Origin: a virus
Length of the DNA stretch: 64,000 nt
Virus record (IMG/VR): IMGVR_UViG_3300045988_106851
Location: 11,316-75,315 of that record
Strand: one strand, 5' to 3'
The position numbers were made by a program, and so were the translations under genes. The notes below the pieces were generated by a model. It was given only the letters and a program-made list of their open reading frames with translations, had not been told where the DNA came from and searched no databases. Shown here piece by piece: positions 43,101-52,363 of this stretch (within the stretch, counting starts at the first letter, position 1; every line of letters begins with the position of its first letter).

Positions 43101-45303
43101 CTTGCTCTGCCTTTGTAAGTATTCCATTGAATGCCGCTCCTAACTTCTTTGATAAATCTTCATTGGTAAAAGCATCATAAGCTGTCTTAACTGCGCCTAT
43201 TGCACCTGACATACTCGTTTTAAATGCACCAATAACAGTTTCGCCAGCACCTTTAATTCCATCCCATGTTTTTTTGAGACCAGCAGTAAAGGTGTCCCAA
43301 TCCATATTTAATACACCTTTTATGGTTGTTCCGAGGCCACCAATAAGATTCACCGCAGCTTTTACGGCGGTTCTGAACGTCTTGACGAAATTATTACCGA
43401 AGTCACGAAGAGGACCGTTTGGCTTGGTGAAGCACTTGTACAGGTATTCTCCGAAGATAATCACAATATCAGTGATAGACTTAGCAAGAGAACCGAAGTA
43501 AGCCATCAGCTTAGTATAGACCTTCTGACCCTCTGCGGATTTAGTCATCCATGTATGCACCGCCTTAAAAGCAAGAGCGATAGCTGCAATCACCGCACCC
43601 ACAGGTGTTGCACACATTCCCCATAGTGCTTTTGTAACCGCCTTTATACCTGAAAGTGCGCCGCTTAAAGGTAGCCCAAATCCTCCGATAGCTTTAATAA
43701 GGTTACCAAAATTTTCTTGCAACTTCCCATTTGCTGTGATAACATTAATCGCACCATCTTTGAAGTCCTCCATACCAGCCTTGACTTGCGAGAACTCTGC
43801 GGAAAAACGTTGCCCGAAGCTACTATTGCCTATCTTGTCATTTAAGGCAGTGAATGGAGCTTCAATTTTAGACTTGACATTGCTGCCAAACTCTTCAACC
43901 TTATCTTTTAGTTCAGAAAGCTGATTGCGAAATCTGCCAATAAATGTTTCTTCGTTCTTTTCTTTTATCGCATTTTGCAGAGCTTGTATCTTATCTTTCG
44001 TTTCATCTATCTTGCTATTAAGCTCGTTGAGCTTCTGTTTTTGAGTATCGCCAAGAGACTTGCCATTGAATTTATCAGCTTCTGCTTGTAAGTCTTGCAA
44101 TTTAGATTTGCTGTCGCTGAGCTGAGAACGTAGGTCGTCTAACGATGTACTGCTTACATCTATTGATACGCTCTGTGTCTGCGGTTCAGTAGGTATTATA
44201 GTTTCGCCGCCTTGTATCTGTTTCGCCGCGCCCAGCAAAGTGTTATATTCTTCTAAATCGGCATTAAGTCGTTGCTGAGTATCTTGCCAGTTTTCCATTT
44301 GCGATTGCAAGTCTGCAATCTTCTGCTGAGCTTCATTTATCAGATTGTTGTAATAGTTAGTGCCTTCTCCAGTCGCGTTGTCGTCTGGAGTAAGGTTAGC
44401 TAAGGCTTGTTTATACTTTTCAATTTTCTCCTGCTGCTTGGCTATTGCATCAGAAGCATCAGATATTTTCTTCGCAAAATCTGTACCATCAAGTGTTGCT
44501 TGTATCTCTTTGATACTTTCCTCGTACATTTTAATGTCCGAACGTAAATCCTTTGAATTTTCAGATTGCATTCGTTCAATCTCAGCACGACCCGAAGCAA
44601 CAGAAATATACTGCTGCAAGGCTTCTGTCAGATTTTTAGTTGCTTCTACATTCTGATTCTCGGCTTCTGCATTCTGTGTTGCTGCCTCGGCATTAGCCAC
44701 GTGTGCCGCTGCTTCTGCTGATGTAGCGGTTGCTGCCGTTGCTGCCGTAGCCCCTACAGCAACATTTGTTGCAGACTGAACACTATTTGCACTCGTGCTT
44801 GCAACAGAAAAAGCACTTAATGCTTGATATGCACCATTTACCTGAGAGATAGAATTTTTAACCCCATCATAAGATTCAACGAGGTCTTTTACATCACCTT
44901 TCGCAAGTTCCAAAGAATGCTTTTGAGCATCAATCTGCTTGGTAAGCGAATCGAATGCCTCTGAACCTTTTTCAGTCTTAGCTAACTGCTCGTTAAGTTT
45001 ACCGATAGTGCCTTCAATGGTTTCAACTCGTTTATTGGCGGTATCAATCATTTCAGGTACTAATTGAATCCCCTTAGTAGCTTCATCCATAGCAGATTTG
45101 AGAACCTGCATAGCCTTGGTGGTCTTTGTCGCAAGGTCTTCATCGGATTGCGCCACATCGTTAAGTGCCTTATTCATTCTATTAGATAAGGCTTCTGTAT
45201 CAACGCCGACACGGTTCAAACCATCACAAAGCTTATCAAGTGATGCTTGAATATCGGAAATATCCATCTGTCCGCTGATGCCAAGTATCTCTTCTGCTGC
45301 CAT
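40162..45303 (-). CDS. tail tape measure protein
   Basis: 1713 aa, extended coiled coil, hydrophobic central patch, canonical position. Confidence 0.9.
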   Translation of the reverse strand: MAAEEILGISGQMDISDIQASLDKLCDGLNRVGVDTEALSNRMNKALNDVAQSDEDLATKTTKAMQVLKSAMDEATKGIQLVPEMIDTANKRVETIEGTIGKLNEQLAKTEKGSEAFDSLTKQIDAQKHSLELAKGDVKDLVESYDGVKNSISQVNGAYQALSAFSVASTSANSVQSATNVAVGATAATAATATSAEAAAHVANAEAATQNAEAENQNVEATKNLTEALQQYISVASGRAEIERMQSENSKDLRSDIKMYEESIKEIQATLDGTDFAKKISDASDAIAKQQEKIEKYKQALANLTPDDNATGEGTNYYNNLINEAQQKIADLQSQMENWQDTQQRLNADLEEYNTLLGAAKQIQGGETIIPTEPQTQSVSIDVSSTSLDDLRSQLSDSKSKLQDLQAEADKFNGKSLGDTQKQKLNELNSKIDETKDKIQALQNAIKEKNEETFIGRFRNQLSELKDKVEEFGSNVKSKIEAPFTALNDKIGNSSFGQRFSAEFSQVKAGMEDFKDGAINVITANGKLQENFGNLIKAIGGFGLPLSGALSGIKAVTKALWGMCATPVGAVIAAIALAFKAVHTWMTKSAEGQKVYTKLMAYFGSLAKSITDIVIIFGEYLYKCFTKPNGPLRDFGNNFVKTFRTAVKAAVNLIGGLGTTIKGVLNMDWDTFTAGLKKTWDGIKGAGETVIGAFKTSMSGAIGAVKTAYDAFTNEDLSKKLGAAFNGILTKAEQAASLAGKIQETQIAINKNKETQLKLDGKIAEVRNKIYTLQGKEKIAAIEEAKALIRQKYDFQIKQQQQLVELHEKQTKLHTQSLKDIAAERELRMQVLRTQVQQNSEQRMLIRQEEAAKRSLANKSKTDAKKDATQQKQISSAEGKLDEVIYKNAYERAKAWQSLEQEVTDAKIKAMKEGEEKVIAEHKRELSKEIEQIEERKNAAIKAERDRQKAEFDAQQSVIKAKGGKAETWNDKEHLDSKNIKKITEQYTIIEQKTVESYNNEIYADELKSYREYLKEYGDLEQQKFVIVEEYNEKIKEARAKGNLFEEAKLKTDLGEQLKKLNFNDFKDSINWDSVFSDMGRLSKSYLEELRKKLKDLLGSGTLDIDDMKVVSEQIGKIDNAISEQTDKWGWSNEKVREYNRLLQEATDAQERLKKVTVEQFSAQEQQFFTKFAIQKVFAETGVSVSTDKITSQNKSTLFNENKTNLSNKQLEKLKKLFDELAISEVKVGKATKEVKKAQEDANISQDKARKSIKEIANEWAESIGNVAKKLQEASELIDALGFGDSELGKKLKSGADAFNKGSQAVSDFATGNYIGAAIKGVSAIKSLGSALGIGNGSNAKEVAETTNRLTESNERLQYSIEQLKSSIDKTSGMSAVSNYQKAYDAQKQIYKQSMEILQSQMGYHGAHHSNAYYWNLSAQDYAAINRTLAQQSAIRGGYVNSTINKVSSLEDIYKLTPEQMKDIRTYNQDVWKNMTDQGKYDKTEYWENYTNLAEKLEELTDKINQNLTQTTFDSLKDNFISNLMDMSKSAQDFANDFTTMLNKSMLNFAVDDLANKRLKALYGKWADKMKQGQLSNDDLDILKKEYDNIVNEGLKIRDNIAAITGYKEAQSQQTATGKGIEAITADQASSLIGIGYAVQIAQEQGNEVRKAIAVDVSFLRIFAEQTYNNISEMRDIQYQGLEQLEAINKNTAPIILIREDIASMYKLMKDKY

Positions 45304-45322
45304 ATTGCTATCTTTTATTTTT

Positions 45323-45547
45323 TTACATCATATCCATAAAGAAGTCATTAGCATGAATAGCCTTGTCAACTCTATGATATTTCTTTTGAGCTAATCTAAG
45401 CTCATTATCTCTACTTTTACCACTTCCGCTGGTCGCTTCTTTCTCATCCACTTTAAAAGATGGAATGGAGCGATTAAGTAACATTATCGTTAGGTATGAG
45501 CGATTAAATACGACCTCCTCGTAACTCATACGAAAATATTTCATCAC
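45323..45547 (-). CDS. -1 frame extension of tail assembly chaperone (gpT-like part)
   Basis: -1 frame relative to 45544..45990, open from the slippery site through this ORF. Confidence 0.55.
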   Translation of the reverse strand: MMKYFRMSYEEVVFNRSYLTIMLLNRSIPSFKVDEKEATSGSGKSRDNELRLAQKKYHRVDKAIHANDFFMDMM

Positions 45548-45990
45548 TCCTCCGATTGTTGCCCAAGGGGAGTCGTTCTCGGCTCCGTCATTATTTTTGT
45601 CTGGGTCAGGAAAGTGATAGAGGTTAAGAAAAAATTTGCATTAAACGAACCGCTGATAAACTTTACAAGTTCATTGAATGCGACAATATCCAAATGCTTA
45701 CAGATATACCTGTGCCATAGCTTGCGAGCCCATGCCTTGCGGAATGCGCAAACAATGAATATTTCGCACATTAAACGCGCATCATTGTTGCGCTCAAACA
45801 GCTTTTGAATAATATTGATTTTTTCACCGCCTTGCCAAGATGGTTCGGGCATATCGTTTGCATAAACGCCCATCTCATAAATCTGCATTAAGGTAAGGGG
45901 TTTCACCTTGAACGAAAATTTACCTACTTTAATCTTAACTGTTGCTTCACTTAGAGTTTTTGCAATCTTTTCTTTATCTCCCGTATTCAT
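45544..45990 (-). CDS. tail assembly chaperone (gpG-like)
   Basis: Position between major tail and tape measure genes. Confidence 0.65.
   Translation of the reverse strand: MNTGDKEKIAKTLSEATVKIKVGKFSFKVKPLTLMQIYEMGVYANDMPEPSWQGGEKINIIQKLFERNNDARLMCEIFIVCAFRKAWARKLWHRYICKHLDIVAFNELVKFISGSFNANFFLTSITFLTQTKIMTEPRTTPLGQQSEE
45631..45637 (-). promoter_or_regulatory. -1 programmed frameshift heptamer A_AAT_TTT
   Basis: In zero frame gcA AAT TTT ttc (..NANFF..); the -1 frame is open downstream into 45323..45547. Confidence 0.55.
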
Positions 45991-46075
45991 TTCTATAATG
46001 TAAAACGGCGGTGTGGCTTAGGGGGAACACCTGTCGCCTCACCGCCGTTGCGATATTTTACTTTTTACTTGCTTT

Positions 46076-46618
46076 TTATCCAAGTTTTACATCGGAAGTC
46101 AGAGCCCAGCGATGGCCGCTAACCTTATCGCCCTTGGAGTCAAACACGGCCATCTGTCGGCATACGATATTAAGATTAGGAAGCCCAGATTTGCCTATGG
46201 AACCGCTACGGGTGACAGTGAGCTTCATCTTCGACCATTGGAACGTCTTAGATGGGATGTCGTCCAAGTCCTTTGTCACTATCTGAATAGCTTTATAACA
46301 TTCATTCTCCGTTGGAGCTTCATTCTCCCACTTGCTCTCATCTGCCGTATATCCAAGGAGGCTTTCAAAATTCTCCTTGGATAAGTCGTAGGTCTGTACA
46401 GTGAAGCCCTTTGTTGCAGCACTTGACGTAAGTACCGCGTATGGGTCTTCTGAATCCTCAATCTCTACATCGGAAGTTTGGGCTGCTTGGTCGTTAAATG
46501 TCAAGCTTCCTGTGACAATAGCCTTTATCGCATTTGCAAACGATGTTGGATAGCCACCGTTAGCCACACAGTCAGCAAAAGAGAAACTCTTTATGCCGAA
46601 TACTCCATTTTTTGCCAT
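46076..46618 (-). CDS. major tail protein
   Basis: 180 aa, position upstream of chaperone. Confidence 0.65.
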   Translation of the reverse strand: MAKNGVFGIKSFSFADCVANGGYPTSFANAIKAIVTGSLTFNDQAAQTSDVEIEDSEDPYAVLTSSAATKGFTVQTYDLSKENFESLLGYTADESKWENEAPTENECYKAIQIVTKDLDDIPSKTFQWSKMKLTVTRSGSIGKSGLPNLNIVCRQMAVFDSKGDKVSGHRWALTSDVKLG

Positions 46619-46621
46619 ATT

Positions 46622-47029
46622 TTATTCCTTTAAGTTATTGTATGTTACATTAAATTTCATGTTCACGTAATAAGTATCATCGTTATCTTTAGTCGGTCTT
46701 GAAACTGCGTAAAGGTCGAAGTAACACCCTCCAAGATAGATTTCTCCATCATTCAACAGCCCCATAATATTATGCGTATAACTTTTTAATTTTGCCGTAT
46801 TCGGCAAATTTTGAGCGGTCTTAGGGCAATGTATGTTCACGTTGATAACACCCTCGCTCACAGCTTCGTCATACACGAATGGAAGATGATTAATAACTAT
46901 GTAATCTCCAGTTGGAAAATCCTCTGGCACTTCATATTTGTAAAGCCTTCCTTTTCCCAACCCTATTTCCTTATTCTTTGCAACAAGGAATTTATACAAA
47001 GCCGTTAGTACATCATCTCCTAATATCAT
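46622..47029 (-). CDS. tail terminator / tail completion protein
   Basis: Position. Confidence 0.45.
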   Translation of the reverse strand: MILGDDVLTALYKFLVAKNKEIGLGKGRLYKYEVPEDFPTGDYIVINHLPFVYDEAVSEGVINVNIHCPKTAQNLPNTAKLKSYTHNIMGLLNDGEIYLGGCYFDLYAVSRPTKDNDDTYYVNMKFNVTYNNLKE

Positions 47030-47031
47030 GG

Positions 47032-47514
47032 TTAACCATCAGAATTAATCGTGTTAATTACCTCTTCAAATATTCCCTTCATTTCCTCTCTCAGGTAATG
47101 CTTCGTCAATTGCAGTACATTATAGCTATGGTTCTCCTCGACATACTTACCGTATCGCATTCCTGCGACAATAACAAGCGAGTAACCTTTTGGTGCGACA
47201 ACGCCTTCCTTTTGTGCATATTCGGCAAGCGCATTACTTACTCCCTGCTGTCCTTCTTCTGTAGCTTCGGGTTTCGGAAGCTGTCCTTCTTGCGAAGTAA
47301 TAAGTTCCCCGTCAAGATATAAGGCAAAAGAAATGGAATTTTTTAGATTCCCAGTCCTATCTTTATAGCCTTTATTATCCTTTGAATATACAACGGCATC
47401 TTCGGCAAGATGCAATAGCCGTATATTAAGATAAGATATTAGCTTATTCCTTTTCTCTTTGAGTCTTCCCTGTAACGCTTCACGTCCTTTTAACTTTATC
47501 TCAACATTAGCCAT
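47032..47514 (-). CDS. HK97 gp10-like head-tail joining protein
   Basis: KDRTGNLKNSISF motif. Confidence 0.6.
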   Translation of the reverse strand: MANVEIKLKGREALQGRLKEKRNKLISYLNIRLLHLAEDAVVYSKDNKGYKDRTGNLKNSISFALYLDGELITSQEGQLPKPEATEEGQQGVSNALAEYAQKEGVVAPKGYSLVIVAGMRYGKYVEENHSYNVLQLTKHYLREEMKGIFEEVINTINSDG

Positions 47515-47518
47515 GCTG

Positions 47519-47944
47519 CTATAACCACAATTTTAGGTATCGGCTTTTCAATGTCACAAAACCTTTGACTTCCATCTCTCGGTCTATCGTCCCATCTTTT
47601 TTGGCTATCCACACCTTGTCTCCCTCTTTAGGAAGCAAACGGTAACGCTTCATGTTAAGAGGTGCGATAACCTCGTATGAATAGACATATCTTTGACCAT
47701 CGAGTAAAGTGATAAAGTTCGCCCTTGAATTTGGCAACAAGATACATTTACCAAAATCTATGTACCTAATACCGACAGGTTGTAATGAATCTCCATTTTC
47801 ATCAATTGTATCATGTGGTTCGTTCTCGTTATCATCGAAATTAATAGAGCCATCATCGTTCATGTAGTAGCACCTACCACCGATTTCAAGATAGCCAGGA
47901 TTAAAGACCTTCGCACATACTTTCAACGAATCCTCGAAGTTCAT
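47519..47944 (-). CDS. head closure / adaptor protein (by position)
   Basis: Position only. Confidence 0.35.
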   Translation of the reverse strand: MNFEDSLKVCAKVFNPGYLEIGGRCYYMNDDGSINFDDNENEPHDTIDENGDSLQPVGIRYIDFGKCILLPNSRANFITLLDGQRYVYSYEVIAPLNMKRYRLLPKEGDKVWIAKKDGTIDREMEVKGFVTLKSRYLKLWL

Positions 47945-47945
47945 C

Positions 47946-48299
47946 TTACCAAACCTTTAGAGCCGTAAAACCGTAATCATCCGAATCATTATCCATAACG
48001 AGGTCAGCATCCAACCCAGCGTCTTTAGCAATTGACTTAACCATGCCATCAATCAGCGTTTGCTTCTCCTTATAAGACTGTGAGATGCCGCCAACGTTCT
48101 CACTTGACAGTACTCGCATCTTATAGAGCAGTCGCATTGCAGCATAGGCAACAGGCTTCTTTAATTCGACAGAATATTCTCCATCAACGGAGGCTTTCAC
48201 GTCAAACCTTGCCGCAGCGTCAATGAACATTTTTTCCAAGGCTTCATCGGAAGTGGAAAATGGTTGAATTTCGCTTGCTATAGCCTCTAAGATTGTCAT
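47946..48299 (-). CDS. head-tail connector (gp6-like) protein
   Basis: Size and position after major capsid gene. Confidence 0.45.
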   Translation of the reverse strand: MTILEAIASEIQPFSTSDEALEKMFIDAAARFDVKASVDGEYSVELKKPVAYAAMRLLYKMRVLSSENVGGISQSYKEKQTLIDGMVKSIAKDAGLDADLVMDNDSDDYGFTALKVW

Positions 48300-48353
48300 G
48301 CTTCCCTCATTATATTATGCGAACATATTTATTTATACTCTCAAGTCTCCGCT

Positions 48354-49448
48354 CTAATCATTGGTAGTCTTGAGAATAAAGAGGTCGTTAAGACCATTAA
48401 ATACAGGCTGTGCCCACATGTCGTAGTTGATGTGATAGCCGGTCTTATCGCGCCAGTAGCCCACAAGGTTATCGTCATGCGTAGAATACGACACATTAGG
48501 AATCGGGTCTACCAACTCCAGGGGGTCGGAAATCTTGATAATGGCAACATTATCAGCACACTGTGCAACAACGCGGTCATCGGCGATAAGGTTGACATTC
48601 GTACCGTCTGGGAGAGTAACGAACTGGTCTTCATCAATTTGTATTGTCGGAAGCAGCGTAGAACGCAGATAGGTGTTCACTTGGTCAACCGTAAGCATTG
48701 GCACGGCAGGGTTTACCTGTACAGTGCCAAGGTTGAGCTTGAACGTGTCCTTAATCTCCTTTGCCTTGCACATCTTGTAAAATGTGTTTTCGGACATACG
48801 AAGTTTTAGAATCTTGCGGCCATGCTTTTTCGTTTCCTCCTTGAGCTTCTTAATATCAGCGATAGGGGTAGAGTTATCCTCGCCCCAGTTGGTGGTTACC
48901 GCGAGCTGCTTGATACCGAGGTCGAAAGTGTAGGATACATTGGCCTTGGCATTGTTGCTGCGCGAAACGGTCTGAGTGCCTTTGTAAAGACCCTCGTAGT
49001 AGAGCATATCTATGCGCTTGTGCGGTGCGATAACGGCACGCTCAAACGGGCGGAAAGAGAACTCAATGAGCTTGTCGTACTGCGCGTTGAGTTGCGCCTG
49101 TGTATAGTTGCGACCTTGTAAGTCACGGTAGCGACCTTCAAGCTGATGCATCTGGTCGAGATAGTCGTTGTCAAGCTCCCACTCATCGCCATAACGGCCT
49201 ATTGAACCTGTCAATTGACCGAAATCTGGCATGTGATGTACAGGCTTCTCAGCGTTCTTGGCGATAACAGAACCCACCATTGCTGCTGTGTATTCGGCGA
49301 GATTTGCTTGATAGACTTTTGCAGCGCAATAGTCCACCTGCTTAATCTCGTCTTTCCACAGAGCCTTATAAGTCGAGGTCTTCATATTCTCGTCAATATA
49401 GGTCTGAAAAGACTTCGGGTCTAACAACTGCTTCAATATGTTGTTCAT
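48354..49448 (-). CDS. major capsid protein (lambda gpE-like)
   Basis: 364 aa, after scaffold and decoration-like genes. Confidence 0.8.
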   Translation of the reverse strand: MNNILKQLLDPKSFQTYIDENMKTSTYKALWKDEIKQVDYCAAKVYQANLAEYTAAMVGSVIAKNAEKPVHHMPDFGQLTGSIGRYGDEWELDNDYLDQMHQLEGRYRDLQGRNYTQAQLNAQYDKLIEFSFRPFERAVIAPHKRIDMLYYEGLYKGTQTVSRSNNAKANVSYTFDLGIKQLAVTTNWGEDNSTPIADIKKLKEETKKHGRKILKLRMSENTFYKMCKAKEIKDTFKLNLGTVQVNPAVPMLTVDQVNTYLRSTLLPTIQIDEDQFVTLPDGTNVNLIADDRVVAQCADNVAIIKISDPLELVDPIPNVSYSTHDDNLVGYWRDKTGYHINYDMWAQPVFNGLNDLFILKTTND

Positions 49449-49479
49449 ACCTTTTCTATATTAATATTATTGTTTGTGT

Positions 49480-50058
49480 TTACTGAACCTTGAACAAGGC
49501 GATGCCATTAGCATTAAGTCCTGCCTTAATCTCTTTATTAATAGGATATGGGAGTGAAGCCTCTTCGACTTCCATAACGCGGAGTGTCGGCTCTACCTGC
49601 TGCGATGCGTCCTTGTCGAGTTCCTTTGTGGCGTAAGTAAAGCCGAGGATAACGTCTTTGCTTGCATCGAAGTCGGAAATGACGGTATTTGCCTCAATGT
49701 CCGCGTCGAGAGCTGTCGAGAGAGTAACGGTGTCGAATGTTGCAGTTCTTGCGATTGATGCGATTTTCTTGCCACCGATAGTGTCACCCTCTTTGTAGAG
49801 TGAGCCTGCTGCGAGTTTTACGGTCTTTGTGGTACTTGATGCTTTCTCCGTAACCTTTGCAGTCTTTATCACAATGGCCTTGCCGCCAGTACCGAGTTTT
49901 ACAACAGTACCTTTGGGAAGCCACTTCAAGCTATCTGGCAGATTGCTCTGGTCAAGGTCATAGCCACCCTGTCTGACGATGCACTGCTCTTCCCACCAGG
50001 AACCCTCCTTAATGTCGGTCGGCACGGTCTTTTTGAGGTACATTCCTTTATAAGCCAT
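49480..50058 (-). CDS. head decoration-like protein
   Basis: Position between scaffold and capsid. Confidence 0.4.
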   Translation of the reverse strand: MAYKGMYLKKTVPTDIKEGSWWEEQCIVRQGGYDLDQSNLPDSLKWLPKGTVVKLGTGGKAIVIKTAKVTEKASSTTKTVKLAAGSLYKEGDTIGGKKIASIARTATFDTVTLSTALDADIEANTVISDFDASKDVILGFTYATKELDKDASQQVEPTLRVMEVEEASLPYPINKEIKAGLNANGIALFKVQ

Positions 50059-50094
50059 ACTTTACTGATTTTTGATAGTCATTACTTTTGTTTA

Positions 50095-50796
50095 TTACTT
50101 TGCCGCCGCGCCTTCGGGCTTTGGAGCGTTGCGCTCGGCATATCCCTCCATGCGCTTGACGAAATCATCTTGCTCGTTCTGAGGAGTGCTTGTTGTCGGG
50201 GCTGCCACAAACGTACCGCTTGCGACAAGCGACTGCTTCAAAGCGGTATAATCATTGCTTATCTGCTCCACGACACTGTTAAGGTTCTCCTCTTTATCGA
50301 GCGTGTAACGCGAGCGGAATACTTCGGGGATGTCTTTCAGTTTCTCGTTGCCTTGCAGCAATGCGGAGAGCCGTGTTTTCTCCTCTCGTTCCTTGTAAGG
50401 TGCAAGAGCTGCCGTTACTGCCTCGTTGATGGCCTTCTGCTGTTCAGCCTTTGCTTCGGCAATCATCTTGGTCACGTCATCAGCAGTAAGCGGTGTTGTG
50501 GGAGGTGTCGGCGGTGTCGGTGGGGTAAGAGGTCCTGTTGGTGGTACGGTTGGCTTTACATAGCCTTTGTACTTCTCCGTTGTCTCGCTTACCGCACGGT
50601 TGAACGCCGATTGCATCATGCCCACATACGGCTCAACGGCTGTAATGGCGTTTGTAACGTCCTCGTCTTTTGACTCATCTGTTAGACTGCGACTTGCTAT
50701 AATCTGGTCTACCAGCTTGTTGAGTTCGTCCTTCTTCAAACCGTACTTCGCGAATGACGTTTTGCAAGAAGCAAGCACTCTTTCTTTTATTGTCAT
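50095..50796 (-). CDS. scaffolding protein
   Basis: Helical, Pro/Thr linker PTVPPTGPLTPPTPPTPPTTP, position. Confidence 0.55.
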   Translation of the reverse strand: MTIKERVLASCKTSFAKYGLKKDELNKLVDQIIASRSLTDESKDEDVTNAITAVEPYVGMMQSAFNRAVSETTEKYKGYVKPTVPPTGPLTPPTPPTPPTTPLTADDVTKMIAEAKAEQQKAINEAVTAALAPYKEREEKTRLSALLQGNEKLKDIPEVFRSRYTLDKEENLNSVVEQISNDYTALKQSLVASGTFVAAPTTSTPQNEQDDFVKRMEGYAERNAPKPEGAAAK

Positions 50797-50963
50797 AGTA
50801 TTCTCGTTTATGTTATATGGTATTTTTCACCTCAAAGTTATTTATATATTTCAATAACAAGATACGATCTATTGACATTGTATAAACAGAGGCGACTCCG
50901 TGTATAAACACAAAGCCGCCTCCGTTTGTTGTCATTACGCAATTCTTAGCAAATCACAACGGA

Positions 50964-51185
50964 TTACTTCTTGCGAAGAATCTTCTCTTTGCCGTTGTTA
51001 ATCTCGGATATATAGCCGACATTTATTTTATTAAACAAATTATCGGCAAGCGATTTGTCGCTCATGTGACGAGCTTCGTCAGTTTGCGCGTTAAAAACAC
51101 AATATACCTTTGTCTCCATTATTTTCTTTTTGTTTACTATTTTCTCTCTTTCCATTTGATTGTATGTTTTAATGATTCCTTCCAA
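50964..51185 (-). CDS. hypothetical small protein (start may be 51119)
   Basis: ORF track. Confidence 0.3.
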   Translation of the reverse strand: MEGIIKTYNQMEREKIVNKKKIMETKVYCVFNAQTDEARHMSDKSLADNLFNKINVGYISEINNGKEKILRKK

Positions 51186-51396
51186 TGTGCCATTTGCTGC
51201 AAATTTCGCAGAGGTACGGGTGCTCGCCCAATACTTTCAATCTCGGGTTCTGATTTAGAAACTCCCACGCCTCGTCTTCCGTGTCGTAGCCGACCTTCTG
51301 CTTCCACGAATTACCGTGCTGCTTGCGCGTCCAATGCCGTTTGTCTGGGCGCAGCGTGTGATATGGTGCTTTATTCCTGTATTTGCCAATATACAT
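51169..51396 (-). CDS. hypothetical small protein
   Basis: ORF track. Confidence 0.35.
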   Translation of the reverse strand: MYIGKYRNKAPYHTLRPDKRHWTRKQHGNSWKQKVGYDTEDEAWEFLNQNPRLKVLGEHPYLCEICSKWHIGRNH

Positions 51397-51402
51397 AGCT
51401 TA

Positions 51403-52008
51403 TTATATCCAGTCGTCTTGTATATAATCCCGTTTCTTTTCTCCACGTCCGTTCTTCCACAGCTCAAAACCGTATTCTCGCATTCTTTGCTCACCGCCTT
51501 TTGCAAGATAAAACGTCGGCTGTCCTCCAGCATCAGTTCGTATTATTGCCGCGACGCTACCAAGTCTAAGGGCTCTTTTCGCATTTGTATATGCTTGTTT
51601 AACCATATTGTTGGTAATATGTGCATCCGCAAAATCATTAGAGGTCTCATCAAGATATTTCTTGCTTCCGTCTTTATAAAGAACAGTCCATGATATATCC
51701 TGTATTTGGTGCCCCCACATTTCGTTTACGAGGTCATCTTGAAACCAAGCCACCATATTGTCTTTGCTTTCGGGCAAATACAATGTGGCATCACCTAAAT
51801 CATCAGAAATAGCTCCTGTGAATCCTGCTTCCATAAGCGCAAGTTCTTGCTGCTCTTGGTCAAGCTCTTGCCATTGGTCATAATCAATGTCCCCTGATTT
51901 GGCTATACCGCTTACAATCGCGTCCCATTGCCTTTGCGACAATCCTTCTTGTTCGTTTACCGATGTTGAAGGATTCTTGCGTCTGGTGTTTCCGCTATTT
52001 TTGGCCAT
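51403..52008 (-). CDS. hypothetical protein
   Basis: ORF track 201 aa. Confidence 0.45.
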   Translation of the reverse strand: MAKNSGNTRRKNPSTSVNEQEGLSQRQWDAIVSGIAKSGDIDYDQWQELDQEQQELALMEAGFTGAISDDLGDATLYLPESKDNMVAWFQDDLVNEMWGHQIQDISWTVLYKDGSKKYLDETSNDFADAHITNNMVKQAYTNAKRALRLGSVAAIIRTDAGGQPTFYLAKGGEQRMREYGFELWKNGRGEKKRDYIQDDWI

Positions 52009-52363
52009 AAAGTTTTCTTTTTATGAGTTCTAATTTTGCTTCTACTTTTTTAATGTCTCGTGCATCGTGGTTACTCAATCTAACGACGTGATAGCCCATG
52101 CGCCAAATTCCTGCGGAGCGGTTGCTGTCTTTGCGCTTTTGGGTTTTGGTGTAGTGATAACCTCCGTCGAGCTCAAGGATAGTCTTTAATTCTGGAATAT
52201 AGATATCGGCAAAGTACAGCTTCATTCCCGTTACGATGGGTTGTTGATGAACAATCTCATACCCAAGTAACATGCAATTCTTCGCTGCCGCTTTTTCCGC
52301 TTCGGTCGTATGAGATAGTAGGTCGCAGCGCATCTGCCTTATCAAAGCTTTACTTGGTTTCAT
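51995..52363 (-). CDS. DUF559 / Vsr-like endonuclease domain protein
   Basis: YFADIYIPELKTILELDGGYH...MGYHVVRLSNHD. Confidence 0.65.
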   Translation of the reverse strand: MKPSKALIRQMRCDLLSHTTEAEKAAAKNCMLLGYEIVHQQPIVTGMKLYFADIYIPELKTILELDGGYHYTKTQKRKDSNRSAGIWRMGYHVVRLSNHDARDIKKVEAKLELIKRKLYGQK

